Positions 20,669 through 30,977 are shown, counted from the first letter of the stretch. The stretch is 64,000 nucleotides of DNA from Gemmatimonadota bacterium (GCA_965116475.1 OZ220691.1:3072001-3136000), one strand, 5' to 3'. Notes: generated from the sequence alone by a model not told the origin. A program made the numbers and translations.

Positions 20669-22411
20669 ATGAAGCGCCGAGACTTCCTCGCCACCTCCGC
20701 CGCTGCCGCCGCCGGATCCAGTCTCATCGGATGCCGGCCTCCCGAAACCGCAGGCGCCGCCACCGCCGCGAGCGGACAATGGGGCCCGGCCGGAGACTCG
20801 AACGTCCCGGGCCTGCTCGGACCCGCGCACCGGGCCGTGTGGGGAGCACGGGGCGTGACGGCCGCCGCCGACTACTACGCCTCCCTCGCCGGCACCACGA
20901 TCATGATGCAGGGCGGGAACGCGGTGGACGCGATCGTGGCCGCCTCCGCCATGCTCAACGTCTCCGAACCCTACATGTCCGGCATTGGAGGTTTCGGCGG
21001 CTTCATGCTCATCTACCTGGCCGAGGAGAACCGCGTCGTCGGCCTCGACGCGCTCGGCAAGTCGCCGGCCGCCTCCTCCCCGGAGACGATGACGCTCGAC
21101 GACTTCGCGGCGGGATACAAGGCGCCCATCGTGCCCGGCGCCTTCAAGGGATGGGCCGCCGTTCTGGAGCGGTACGGGACCATGAGCCTCGGCGACGTAT
21201 TCGAGCCCGCCATCCGGCTCGCCGAGGACGGCTTCGTCGTGTCGCGCTTCGACGAGATCCACACGGGCGGCGCCGCCGCGGAGAAGCTGGGGCAGTTCCC
21301 CTCGACGACCCGTGTCATGTTTCCGAACGGCCGTCCGCCGCGCATGGGCGAGATCATCAGGCAGCCGGATCTCGCCGCCAGCATGCGTCGCCTCGCCCGG
21401 GAAGGGGCCGACGACTTCTACAAGGGAGAGATCGGGGAGCGCGTCGTTTCCTTCCTCGCCGAGAACGGTGGCCACATGACGATGGGCGACCTGGAGTCTT
21501 ACGACGTCACGTGGAAGGAACCGATCACGACGACCTTCCAGGGGCACGACCTGTACGCGATGCCGCCGGGCTCGTGCGGCATGTCGATGTTCCAGGCGCT
21601 CAACATCATGGACGGCTTCGATCTCGCGAACATGGACCTGTACAGTTCCGAGTTCGCGCACCTGTGGCTGGAGGCGTACCGGCTCGCCCTCATCGACGAC
21701 GACCGCTACAACACGGGAAAGGAAGACGTCGAGATCCCCGTCGACATGATCATCTCGAAGGAATACGCCGACGAGCAGCGGGCGAAGATCGACCCCGCGC
21801 GCATCGCCTCCTTCTCCGGGGCGCCGCTCCCCTTCTTCGGCACCACGAGCCTCTCGTCCGCCGACCGCTGGGGGAACGCGGTCGCCTTCACCCAGTCTCT
21901 CGTGAGCGGCTACGGCAGCGGCGTGATCGCGGGCGACACGGGGATCTTCCTCAACAACGGCCACACCTTCGGCTTCGTGCTCGAGGAAGGGCACGTGAAC
22001 CATCTCGAGGGCGGCCAGAAGGCGAAGGGCGTGATGACACCGTGCGTCGTCATGAAGGACGGCAACCTCGTCGCCGCCGTGGGCGCCGCGGGCGGTTACA
22101 CCATCCCGCAGACCGTCGGACAGGTGATCACGAAGCTCACCGTCGGCGGCATGGACATGCAGCTCGCGATCGCCTCGCCGCGCATGTGCCTCAACCGGGG
22201 TGGCGGGCGTACGCCGATCCCCGAGGATTCGGTCACGTATCTCGAGGCGGGTTTTCCGCCCGAGGTATACGACGAACTCGAGGACCGCGGCCACAACCTG
22301 GCCGAGCCCGGGAACCCCGGCGGCGTGCAGGGCGTCTATCGCGATGCCGAGACCGGCGCTCTGGCCGGCGGTTCCGACCCGCGCAGGGACGGTCACGCCA
22401 TCGCCTGGTAG
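20669..22411 (+). CDS. GGT-fold Ntn hydrolase, Tat lipoprotein, copy 2
   Basis: MKRRDFL...LIGC; same motifs; highly similar to copies 1 and 3. Confidence 0.9.
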   Translation: MKRRDFLATSAAAAAGSSLIGCRPPETAGAATAASGQWGPAGDSNVPGLLGPAHRAVWGARGVTAAADYYASLAGTTIMMQGGNAVDAIVAASAMLNVSEPYMSGIGGFGGFMLIYLAEENRVVGLDALGKSPAASSPETMTLDDFAAGYKAPIVPGAFKGWAAVLERYGTMSLGDVFEPAIRLAEDGFVVSRFDEIHTGGAAAEKLGQFPSTTRVMFPNGRPPRMGEIIRQPDLAASMRRLAREGADDFYKGEIGERVVSFLAENGGHMTMGDLESYDVTWKEPITTTFQGHDLYAMPPGSCGMSMFQALNIMDGFDLANMDLYSSEFAHLWLEAYRLALIDDDRYNTGKEDVEIPVDMIISKEYADEQRAKIDPARIASFSGAPLPFFGTTSLSSADRWGNAVAFTQSLVSGYGSGVIAGDTGIFLNNGHTFGFVLEEGHVNHLEGGQKAKGVMTPCVVMKDGNLVAAVGAAGGYTIPQTVGQVITKLTVGGMDMQLAIASPRMCLNRGGGRTPIPEDSVTYLEAGFPPEVYDELEDRGHNLAEPGNPGGVQGVYRDAETGALAGGSDPRRDGHAIAW

Positions 22412-22441
22412 GACCAAACCTTTTTGCCCAGGAGTCGAGCC

Positions 22442-24181
22442 ATGAAGCGCCGAGACTTCCTCGCCACCTCCGCCGCGGCCGCCGCCGGATCCGGCCTGAT
22501 CGCCTGCCGCGCCCCCGAGACGGCCGCCGCGCCCCCGGACGGGATCGGACAATGGGGCCCGGCCGGCGACTCGAACGTCCCCGGCCTGCTCGGCCCCGCG
22601 CACGGGACCGTGTGGGGCCGCCGCGGCGTGACGGCCGCCGCCGACTACTACGCCTCGCTCGCCGGCACGACAATCATGATGCAGGGCGGAAACGCGATCG
22701 ACGCGATCGTCGCCGCTTCCGCCACGCTCAACGTCTCCGAGCCCTACATGTCCGGGCTCGGCGGCTTCGGCGGCTTCATGCTCATCTACCTGGCGGAGGA
22801 GAACCGGGTCGTCGGACTCGACGCGCTCGGCCGGGCGCCCGCGGCCTCCTCGGCGAGCACGATCACGCCGGATGATGTCGAGATGGGCTACCGGGCCCCG
22901 ATCGTACCCGGCGCCTTCAAGGGCTGGGCCGCCGTGCTCGAGCGCTATGGAACGATGAGCCTCGGCGACGTGTTCGAACCCGCGATCCAGCTCGCAGAGG
23001 ACGGCTTCGTCATCTCGAAGTTCGATGCGCTCCACACCGCCGGGAGCGAGGACAAGCTCGGGAGGTTCCCGTCCAGCACCCGCATCATGTTCCCGAACGG
23101 CCGCCCGCCGCGGATGGGCGAGATCATCAGGCAGCCCGAACTGGCGGCGAGCATGCGCCGGCTCGCGCGCGAAGGCGCGGACGACTTCTACATGGGCGAG
23201 ATCGGAGACCGCATCGTCGCCTTCCTCGCCGAGAACGGCGGCCACATGACGAAGGCCGACCTCGAGGGCTACGAGGTCGCGTGGCGGGAGCCGATCACGA
23301 CGACCTTCCAGGGACACGACCTGTACGCCATGCCGCCGGGGTCGTGCGGGATGACGATGTTCCAGGCGCTCAACATCATGGACGGCTTCGACCTCGCGAA
23401 CATGGACCTCTACAGCTCCGAGTTCGCCCACCTGTGGCTCGAGGCGAACCGGCTCGCCCTCATCGATGACGAACGGTACAACACCGGGAACGAAGACGCG
23501 GACATCCCGATCGACATGCTCATCTCGAAGGAATACGCGGACGAACAGCGCGCGACGATCGACCCCGCCCGCATCGCCTCCTTCGCGGGCGCCCCGCTTC
23601 CGTTCTTCGGGACGACGAGCCTCTCTTCCGCCGACCGCTGGGGGAACGCCGTCGCCTTCACGCAGTCTCTGGTCGCCCTCTACGGGAGCGGCGTGATTGC
23701 CGGCGACACGGGGATCTTCCTCAACAACGGCCACATGTTCGGCTTTTCCCTCGAGGAAGGACACGTCAACTACATCGCGGGAGGCCAGAAGGCGAAGGGC
23801 GTGATGACGCCGTGCGTCGTCATGAAGGACGGCAACCTCGTCGCGGCGGTCGGCGCCGCCGGCGGCTACACGATTCCGCAGACGGTGGGTCAGGTGATCA
23901 CGAAGCTGACGGCCGGCGGGATGGACATGCAGCTCGCGATCGCGTCGCCGCGCATGTGCCTCAACCGGGGCGGCGGTCTGACGCCGATTCCGGAGGATTC
24001 CGTCACCTACCTGGAGGCCGGCTTCCCGCCCGACGTGTACGGGGAACTGGCGGATCGCGGTCATAACCTCGTCGAGCCGGGAAACCTCGGCGGCGTACAG
24101 GGCGTGTACCGGGATGCGGAGACGGGCGCCCTCGCCGGCGGGTCGGATCCGCGCCGCGACGGGCACGCGATCGCCTGGTGA
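22442..24181 (+). CDS. GGT-fold Ntn hydrolase, Tat lipoprotein, copy 3
   Basis: AGGAG RBS; MKRRDFL...LIAC; same motifs. Confidence 0.9.
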   Translation: MKRRDFLATSAAAAAGSGLIACRAPETAAAPPDGIGQWGPAGDSNVPGLLGPAHGTVWGRRGVTAAADYYASLAGTTIMMQGGNAIDAIVAASATLNVSEPYMSGLGGFGGFMLIYLAEENRVVGLDALGRAPAASSASTITPDDVEMGYRAPIVPGAFKGWAAVLERYGTMSLGDVFEPAIQLAEDGFVISKFDALHTAGSEDKLGRFPSSTRIMFPNGRPPRMGEIIRQPELAASMRRLAREGADDFYMGEIGDRIVAFLAENGGHMTKADLEGYEVAWREPITTTFQGHDLYAMPPGSCGMTMFQALNIMDGFDLANMDLYSSEFAHLWLEANRLALIDDERYNTGNEDADIPIDMLISKEYADEQRATIDPARIASFAGAPLPFFGTTSLSSADRWGNAVAFTQSLVALYGSGVIAGDTGIFLNNGHMFGFSLEEGHVNYIAGGQKAKGVMTPCVVMKDGNLVAAVGAAGGYTIPQTVGQVITKLTAGGMDMQLAIASPRMCLNRGGGLTPIPEDSVTYLEAGFPPDVYGELADRGHNLVEPGNLGGVQGVYRDAETGALAGGSDPRRDGHAIAW

Positions 24182-26067
24182 GCCGGGGGAGGCCAGCGTC
24201 CGCGGTCGCGGGGTTGGCGGCGCTGGCCGGGCTGGTCTGCGGGGACGGCGCCTCCGCTCCCGACGAAGGTGCGGGAGACGTCCCCGTTAGCGCGCTCACG
24301 CGTAACCAGGCGGTCCATGTCCCCATGCGCGATGGCGTCCGCATCGCCGTCGACGTGTGGCTGCCCGACGGCATCCAGCCGGGGGACCGGCTCCCGGCCA
24401 TGATGCGGGCGACCCGCTACTGGCGCGCCCGGGGCGAGGTCGGCGTCCCCCTCGAGGAGACTTCGAACTTTTCCGAGGCGGAGCGCTGGAACCGGGCGGG
24501 ATACGCGCTCGTCCTCGTGGACGGGCGGGGAAGCGGGGCTTCCTTCGGGATTCGCCGCTTCGAACTCGCCGAAGACGAGGTCAGGGACTACGGGGAGGTC
24601 GCGGACTGGATCGCGGACCAGCCCTGGTCGAACGGGCGCGTGGGCGCCTACGGCGTCTCCTACGCCGGGAACACGGCCGAGATGCTCGCGGTCAACCGCA
24701 GGCCCGCCGTGAGGGCGGTTGCGCCCCTCTTCAACGACTTCGACAACTTCGGCCACCTCATCTTCCCCGGCGGCGTGCTCACGGTCGGCTTCCTCGAGGA
24801 CTGGTCGAACCGCACGCGCATGCAGGATCTGAACGACATCTGCGGCCTCTCCGACGCGATGGGGGCTGCCTGCGACGAAGTGCGGGGCCGGGTCACCGGC
24901 GTGAAACCGGTCGACGCGGACGTCGACGGATCGCTGCTCGCCGCGGCCGTGGCGGAACACCAGGCCAATACCGTGCCTTTCGAGGCGGCGCTGGAGTACG
25001 AGTTCCGGGACGACCCGTTCGGCCCCTACGGCGAGACGAACGTCGGGCACCGCCGCAGCCCCTCCGGCCACCTCCCGCAGATCGAGGAGTCGGGCGTGGC
25101 CATGCTCGTCCGCGTCGGCTGGCAGGACGCCGGGACCGTGAACGGCACGCTCGGCCGCTACAACACGATCTCCAATGCCCAGCAAGTCTTCATCGGCCCG
25201 TGGGACCACGGGGCGCGCAACGACACGGATCCCTTCAAGGCGGACGACACGCCCGTCGCCCCTGACGCCAACGCCCGGTTCGAGGAACTCGTCGCGTTCT
25301 TCGACGCCCACCTCAAGGAGGGTGGATCCGGGGAGACACCGACGGAGATCCACTACTACACGCTGGGCGCCGACCGCTGGACGCGGACGGAGACGTGGCC
25401 GCCGGAGGGCTTCGACGACGTGACCTGGCACTTCGGCGGGGGAGGCACGCTGTCGACGGAGGCTCCCGCCTCCGAAGCGGGGGAAGATCGCTACGCCGTC
25501 GACTTCACCGCCACGACCGGGACCCGCAACCGCTGGTACACGAACGGCGGGGGCGGCGATGTCGTGTACGGCGACCGCCGCGCGGAGGATGAGAAGCTGC
25601 TGACCTACACCAGCGCTCCGCTAACGGTCGATACCGAAGTCACCGGCCACCCTGTCGTGACGCTGCACCTGGCGTCCACCGAGACGGACGGCGCCTTCAT
25701 CGTCTACCTGGAAGACGTCGCTCCGGACGGCAACGTGCGGTACATCACCGAGGGGCAGCTACGCGGCGTCATGCGCGCGGTCACGGACGACCCGCCGCTG
25801 TACCGGAAGTATGGGCCGCACCGCAGCGAGTCGCGCGCGGATGCCTTGCCGCTGGTGCCCGGGGAGGTCGCGGAGTTGAGCTTCGACCTGTGGGCGACGT
25901 CGGTGCTGTTCCGCGCCGGCCACCGCATCCGGGTCGCCCTCGCCGGCGCCGACGCCGACACCTTCCTCCGCTATCCCCGCGACGGGAGCGTCCCGGAGTG
26001 GACCGTGCACCGCAACGCGGTCCACGCGTCCCGCATCGTCCTGCCCACGAGAGGCGGCGGATCCTAG
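24178..26067 (+). CDS. Exported CocE/NonD (peptidase S15-like) alpha/beta hydrolase
   Basis: VPMRDGVRIAVDVWLP, ATRY, DGRGSGASFG, GVSYAG nucleophile elbow, GWQD, GPWDHG; GTGA overlap with GGT copy 3. Confidence 0.9.
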   Translation: MSRGRPASAVAGLAALAGLVCGDGASAPDEGAGDVPVSALTRNQAVHVPMRDGVRIAVDVWLPDGIQPGDRLPAMMRATRYWRARGEVGVPLEETSNFSEAERWNRAGYALVLVDGRGSGASFGIRRFELAEDEVRDYGEVADWIADQPWSNGRVGAYGVSYAGNTAEMLAVNRRPAVRAVAPLFNDFDNFGHLIFPGGVLTVGFLEDWSNRTRMQDLNDICGLSDAMGAACDEVRGRVTGVKPVDADVDGSLLAAAVAEHQANTVPFEAALEYEFRDDPFGPYGETNVGHRRSPSGHLPQIEESGVAMLVRVGWQDAGTVNGTLGRYNTISNAQQVFIGPWDHGARNDTDPFKADDTPVAPDANARFEELVAFFDAHLKEGGSGETPTEIHYYTLGADRWTRTETWPPEGFDDVTWHFGGGGTLSTEAPASEAGEDRYAVDFTATTGTRNRWYTNGGGGDVVYGDRRAEDEKLLTYTSAPLTVDTEVTGHPVVTLHLASTETDGAFIVYLEDVAPDGNVRYITEGQLRGVMRAVTDDPPLYRKYGPHRSESRADALPLVPGEVAELSFDLWATSVLFRAGHRIRVALAGADADTFLRYPRDGSVPEWTVHRNAVHASRIVLPTRGGGS

Positions 26068-26834
26068 GGAATCAGTTCCAGCGTCGTGCTCGTCATCATC
26101 GACGCCGGCATCCCGCCCGCCGTCAGATTCAGGGTTATCACGCTGTCGTGGCCCTGGAGGCGGCTGCTGCCCGTGTCGAAGATGGCGGTCCCGCTGACGG
26201 TGCCGGAGCCCTCGAGTGACATCCCGCCGGCGTTGCCCGACATCGTGACCGTCCCTTCGAGCGATATCTCCGCACGATCCCCGTCGACACCCACGAGCGT
26301 GTAGGCGATGTCCGTTTCCATCGTCATCGTGCTGCCCATGCCGGCCGGGACCTCGGCGGAGGTCTGTCCCGACCAGGAGTCGCCCGGACTCACTTCCCCT
26401 TCGGGCAACTCGAAGAAGGTGATCGCCAGCGTCGCGGCGACGGCAGTTTCCGCTTCCGCCGTGAGCGTCCCCACGTCGGTCAACCCGGTGGGGCGCGCGC
26501 GCGGGTCCATTGCGAACGTATAACTCATGCCCGACAGATCGGGTCCGCCCGCCCCGGGCACGGCCTCCGTCATGGTGGTGGAATCGACCACCGTGCGGAT
26601 CTCGATGACGTCGTCCGCCGCGCTGATCACCGTCTCCGTCTGGTAGCGCTTCGACGTCGACATGGTCGTACCCGCCATCGACGTCTCGGAGCCGATGAGA
26701 TACCGCGAAACCTGCCCTTCGGCCGGCATCGCGCGAAGCACGGTCGCCTGCCCGTCGAGAGGGGGCGAATACCCCAACGCGAGAGCCGCTACGGCCGGAG
26801 CCCAGGCAAAGGCTCTGATTCTCTGCTGTTTCAC
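26064..26834 (-). CDS. Exported beta-rich hypothetical protein (DUF6263-like), paralog of the upstream gene
   Basis: GTG 26834 with GGAGG RBS; signal peptide; shares EGQVSRY, PDLSGMS, MDPR, LPExEVSPGDSW and terminal LEL with its neighbour. Confidence 0.65.
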   Translation of the reverse strand: MKQQRIRAFAWAPAVAALALGYSPPLDGQATVLRAMPAEGQVSRYLIGSETSMAGTTMSTSKRYQTETVISAADDVIEIRTVVDSTTMTEAVPGAGGPDLSGMSYTFAMDPRARPTGLTDVGTLTAEAETAVAATLAITFFELPEGEVSPGDSWSGQTSAEVPAGMGSTMTMETDIAYTLVGVDGDRAEISLEGTVTMSGNAGGMSLEGSGTVSGTAIFDTGSSRLQGHDSVITLNLTAGGMPASMMTSTTLELIP

Positions 26835-26884
26835 TGATCCTCCATCCGAGTTCAGGGGTTCGGGACTCTCGGTGGCCGGTTCCG

Positions 26885-27724
26885 TCAACTGTCCGGCATC
26901 AGTTCGAGTGCGGTCGTCGTATTCACCGTCATCGACGTCCCGGCCACGCTCATTTCCATGCTCTGCCGGCTCGTCTGGCTCACATGCCGGCCCTCGACGA
27001 GGTCGACGACCAGCGTGCCGGACAGGGTCCCCGAGCCGCTCATCGCCATGCCCTGCATGTCCATGTCCATATCCATCGGCCCCTCGAACGAGAGGGTGGC
27101 GAGACCATCGGCGAGACTCACGAACGTGTACGTGAATTCCATCTCCATTGACATCGTTCCGCCGGTCCCCATCGGAATCTCGATCGGCGTCTCGACCATC
27201 CAGGAATCCCCCGGGCTGACCTCCTCTTCGGGCAGCACGGAATGGCCGGCTCCCTGCAACATGCTCTCGACGCTCACCCCGGCGTCTTCCGGGACTCCCT
27301 CGCTCTCCACGACTTGCAGGACGCTTCCACGCGGGTCCATGTCGACCGTGAAGGACATCCCGGAGAGGTCGGGCAGCATGTCGTCCATCCCCGGCATCGG
27401 CATCCCGAAGTCCATCGTCGTGCTGGCGGAATCGACCGCCCCGCGGACCCGGGTGACGTCGCCGTCCACGCTCAGGACCGTCTGGGTCTGTTGCCAGGCC
27501 ATGGAGATGAGCGGGCTGCCGGTCGAGGGTATCATGGGACTCTCGATGCTCGTTTCCATGGAGAAGGCGTAGCGCGATACCTGCCCCTCGGGGGGCGCCA
27601 CCCGCAGCAGCAGCGGCCCTTCGCGCGGGATGGTTCGGACGGCGGGGGACGGGCCGCACGAGGCGAGGACGGCGGCGAGCGCGAGCGTCGTGGCGGCGGC
27701 GGAACTGCGCCATCGTGAAATCAT
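26885..27724 (-). CDS. Met-rich lipoprotein (DUF6263-like)
   Basis: AGGAGG RBS; lipobox VLASC; about 27 Met in 279 aa; LPEEEVSPGDSW motif. Confidence 0.7.
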   Translation of the reverse strand: MISRWRSSAAATTLALAAVLASCGPSPAVRTIPREGPLLLRVAPPEGQVSRYAFSMETSIESPMIPSTGSPLISMAWQQTQTVLSVDGDVTRVRGAVDSASTTMDFGMPMPGMDDMLPDLSGMSFTVDMDPRGSVLQVVESEGVPEDAGVSVESMLQGAGHSVLPEEEVSPGDSWMVETPIEIPMGTGGTMSMEMEFTYTFVSLADGLATLSFEGPMDMDMDMQGMAMSGSGTLSGTLVVDLVEGRHVSQTSRQSMEMSVAGTSMTVNTTTALELMPDS

Positions 27725-27935
27725 GTGGTCCTCCTGACGGTATTGAGGCAGGGACTCGGGAGTTCTCGGCGTCGAGCGCGCGATTCCCGCCCCGGCTCGG
27801 ATGTTTGTCCACGGCCGCCAGGGTGCCCGCAAGATGTGGAATCGGATCGGGGCGTGCCACCGGTACCGGGGACGATACACCTCCCGCTACCCTCGAGTTG
27901 AGACGGCATTCATGGCCGCGGGGATACATGATGGC

Positions 27936-28619
27936 ATGGCTCCGAAGATTCTCGAACTCCCGGCGAGCGAACGTCCGCGGGAGCGGCTCCGCCGCTTCAG
28001 TCCCGACGCGCTTTCGACGACGGAACTGCTCGCGGTCGTGCTCGGCGCGGGCGCGACGGGGCGTTCCGCCGTCGACGTCGCCGGGCGTCTGCTGGCGGAC
28101 TTCGGCGGCTCGCTGCGGGAGATGGGGCGCGCGGAGCCGGCCGAACTCGAGCGGACCGGGGGGGTGGGTCCGGCCCGTTCGGCCGCCGTGGCCGCCGCGC
28201 TCGCGCTCGGAAGGCGCCAGGCCGCCGAGCCCGCCCGCGCCAGCGCGCGCATCCGCAGTCCAGCCGACGTATTCGGGCGCCTCGGCCCCCTGCTGCGGGA
28301 CCGCCGGCAGGAGGAGTTCTGGGTCATCTATCTCGATACGCAGAGCCAGGTGCTGCTCGAGCGGCGGCTCACCGTGGGGCTCCTTAACAGCTCCCTCGTG
28401 CACCCGCGGGAGGTGTTCGCGCCGGCGATCGCCACGGCCTCGGCCTCCGTCATCCTCGCTCACAACCATCCGAGCGGCGAACCCGAGCCGTCGCCCGAGG
28501 ACATCGCCGTGACCTGCCAACTCGTCGAGAGCGGCCGGCTCCTCGGCATCCCCGTCCGCGACCACATCATCCTCGGCGACCGGGCCTACGTGAGCCTTCG
28601 CGAACGGGGCGTCTGCTAG
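27936..28619 (+). CDS. radC: RadC (JAB-domain) family protein
   Basis: ERPRERL, LSTTELLA, HhH GVGPA, VHPREVF, AHNHPSG...D, DHIILG. Confidence 0.93.
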   Translation: MAPKILELPASERPRERLRRFSPDALSTTELLAVVLGAGATGRSAVDVAGRLLADFGGSLREMGRAEPAELERTGGVGPARSAAVAAALALGRRQAAEPARASARIRSPADVFGRLGPLLRDRRQEEFWVIYLDTQSQVLLERRLTVGLLNSSLVHPREVFAPAIATASASVILAHNHPSGEPEPSPEDIAVTCQLVESGRLLGIPVRDHIILGDRAYVSLRERGVC

Positions 28620-28737
28620 TGTAGCGTCGCCGCTCTCCGCCCGGCCCGCGCCGAAATCGCGCGCTACCGCTACCTTTACAGGTTGCCCGGGCCGATGGTC
28701 GTTCGGGCGCCGACGTCTCGGGGACGGAGCGCGAAGC

Positions 28738-30960
28738 GTGGAGAGCAGCCTCAAGCGGGAAGTCGACCGGGCCGCGCCGGGAGCGGGCCCGCGCTCGCTG
28801 CTGCCCAGGGACTTCATGAAGGCGATCGAGGGCTACGAGGCCCGCCTCGACCTCGAACTGCTCGCCCTCGCGTTCCAGTACAGCCTGGAGAAACACGAGG
28901 GCCAGAAGCGTCGCTCGGGCGAGGATTACATCCGCCACTGCGTGGAGGTCGCCAAGATCCTCATCGAGATCCGGCTCGACACCGTGAGCATCGCCGCCTC
29001 GCTCCTCCACGACGTGGTGGAGGACACGGACACGACCGTGGACGAGATCCGGACGGAGTTCGGCGAGGAAATCGCCCTCATCGTCGACGGCCTCACGAAG
29101 ATTTCGCTGTTCGCGTTCGGCTCGATGGCGGAGCGTCAGGTCGAAACCTACCGCAAGCTCCTCCTCTCCATGGCCCGCGACGCGCGCGTGATCATGGTCA
29201 AGCTCGCGGACCGTCTCCACAACATGCGGACGCTGGAGCACATGCCGGCGGGCGCGCGGCAGCGGATCGCGCTCGAAACCCGGGAGATCTACGCGCCGCT
29301 CGCCCACCGTCTCGGCGTCGCGCGCCTGAAATGGGAACTCGAAGATCTCGCCTTCAAGTTTCTCGAGCCCGAGGGGTACCGGAAGCTCGTGAAGGAGGTC
29401 AACGCCACGCGGGGCGAGCGCGAGGGACTGATCCGACGCATGGAGGAACCGCTCCGGGCCGAGCTGGACGGCGCCGGCATCGTTTGCGAAGTCACGGGGC
29501 GCCCCAAGCACCTCTGGTCCATCTACGGCAAGATGATCAAGCGCGACAAGCCGTACGAGGAGGTCTACGACACGCTGGCGATGCGGCTCATCGTGGATTC
29601 GGTGCGCGACTGCTACCACGCGCTCGGCATCGTGCACAACAAGTGGACGCCGCTCACGGAGCGCTTCCACGACTTCATCGCCACGCCGAAGTCGAACATG
29701 TACCAGAGCCTGCACACGACGATCTTCGGCCCGGGCGGCGCGCTGTACGAGATCCAGATCCGCACGCACGAGATGCACCGCACCGCGGAGTACGGGATCG
29801 CGGCGCACTGGCGCTACAAGGAGGGCGGGTCCGGAGATGAGGTCGACGACGAACTCGCGTGGTTCCGGCAGGTCCTCGAGTGGCAGCAGGAGACGCGCGA
29901 GCCGGAGGAGTTCATGGAGTTCCTCCGCATCGACCTGTTCCAGGACGAGATCTTCGTCTTCACTCCGGCGGGAGACGTCAAGCAGTTGCCGAAGGGGGCC
30001 ACGCCCATCGACTTCGCCTTCGCCGTGCACACCGAAGTCGGGCTTCGCTGCAAGGGCGCGAAGGTGAACGAACGGATCGCCCCGCTCAGCCGTCCGCTTC
30101 GGAACGGGGACACCGTGCACATCCTCACCTCCGATTCGCAGACGCCGAGCCGGGACTGGCTGGGCTTCGTGCGGAGCAGCAAGGCCCGCCACGAGATCCG
30201 GCAGTGGATCCGCGACGAAGAGCAGGAATCCGCCCTCCAGCTGGGAAAGGACATCATTCAGCGGGAGTGGAGGCGCCGCCGTCGCGGGAAGGTGGACGAG
30301 GCGGCGCTCAGGGCCGCGTGCGAGACGCTGGGGTACGACGGGCCGGATGCCCTCCACGCGGCCGCCGGACGTGGGGATGTGGGGCTCACGCGCGTGATGC
30401 GCGCCATCCTCCCCGAAGTCATCCCGGAAGTGCCCCCGAAGAGTCCGAGTCCGCTTCACAAGCTTGTGGACAAGGTCTGGGGCGGCGGCGGCCAGGGGAT
30501 TCGGATCCAGGGGATGGAGAACCTGATGGTCCGGTACTCCCAGTGTTGCCAGCCGGTCCCCGGCGACAGGGTCATCGGCTATATCACCCGCGGCCGCGGC
30601 GTTTCCATCCACCGGCAGGACTGTCCGAACGTCCTGAATCTTTCGAACGCGCCCGAACGCCGCGTGGAAATCGAGTGGCAGGCGCACGGCGAACGCCGGT
30701 TCCTCGTCCGTATCGTCATGGAGGGGACGGATCGCCACGGACTGTTTGCGGACATCGCCCGCGCGGTCAGCGACACGGGCACGAACATCCAGTCGGCCGA
30801 CATCAAGGGAATCGAGGGAGGGATGCGCGGTCAGTTCGTCGTGGAAGTCGAAAACCTGACGCACCTGCGGAAAGTCATGCGCAAGGTTCAGGGCGTGAAG
30901 GGCGTGATCTCCGTCGAACGGAAGGAATCCTTCGGGGAGAGCGGCCTCACCATCGAGTGA
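28738..30960 (+). CDS. rel: Bifunctional (p)ppGpp synthetase/hydrolase, long RSH
   Basis: [19 protein letters not shown] (intact HD), [28 protein letters not shown] domain, [11 protein letters not shown] domain. Confidence 0.96.
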   Translation: MESSLKREVDRAAPGAGPRSLLPRDFMKAIEGYEARLDLELLALAFQYSLEKHEGQKRRSGEDYIRHCVEVAKILIEIRLDTVSIAASLLHDVVEDTDTTVDEIRTEFGEEIALIVDGLTKISLFAFGSMAERQVETYRKLLLSMARDARVIMVKLADRLHNMRTLEHMPAGARQRIALETREIYAPLAHRLGVARLKWELEDLAFKFLEPEGYRKLVKEVNATRGEREGLIRRMEEPLRAELDGAGIVCEVTGRPKHLWSIYGKMIKRDKPYEEVYDTLAMRLIVDSVRDCYHALGIVHNKWTPLTERFHDFIATPKSNMYQSLHTTIFGPGGALYEIQIRTHEMHRTAEYGIAAHWRYKEGGSGDEVDDELAWFRQVLEWQQETREPEEFMEFLRIDLFQDEIFVFTPAGDVKQLPKGATPIDFAFAVHTEVGLRCKGAKVNERIAPLSRPLRNGDTVHILTSDSQTPSRDWLGFVRSSKARHEIRQWIRDEEQESALQLGKDIIQREWRRRRRGKVDEAALRAACETLGYDGPDALHAAAGRGDVGLTRVMRAILPEVIPEVPPKSPSPLHKLVDKVWGGGGQGIRIQGMENLMVRYSQCCQPVPGDRVIGYITRGRGVSIHRQDCPNVLNLSNAPERRVEIEWQAHGERRFLVRIVMEGTDRHGLFADIARAVSDTGTNIQSADIKGIEGGMRGQFVVEVENLTHLRKVMRKVQGVKGVISVERKESFGESGLTIE

Positions 30961-30977
30961 CCCGCCGATTCGAGACT

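Noticed and set aside
18778..24181. GGT triplication as an assembly artefact
   Set aside because: Copies differ by many synonymous and non-synonymous changes and an in-frame indel, with all frames intact
27936..28619. radC as a marker of a mobile element or defence island
   Set aside because: Full-length chromosomal type with HhH region next to rel and uvrB; no integrase, transposase or att-like repeats seen
26835..28817. Upstream part of the 917-aa minus-strand ORF
   Set aside because: Only 26064-26834 looks protein-like and has an RBS; the rest overlaps the paralog in another frame and radC antisense
29859..30977. N-terminal extension making UvrB appear 1051 aa
   Set aside because: Out-of-frame overlap with rel; UvrB similarity begins at ATG 30978
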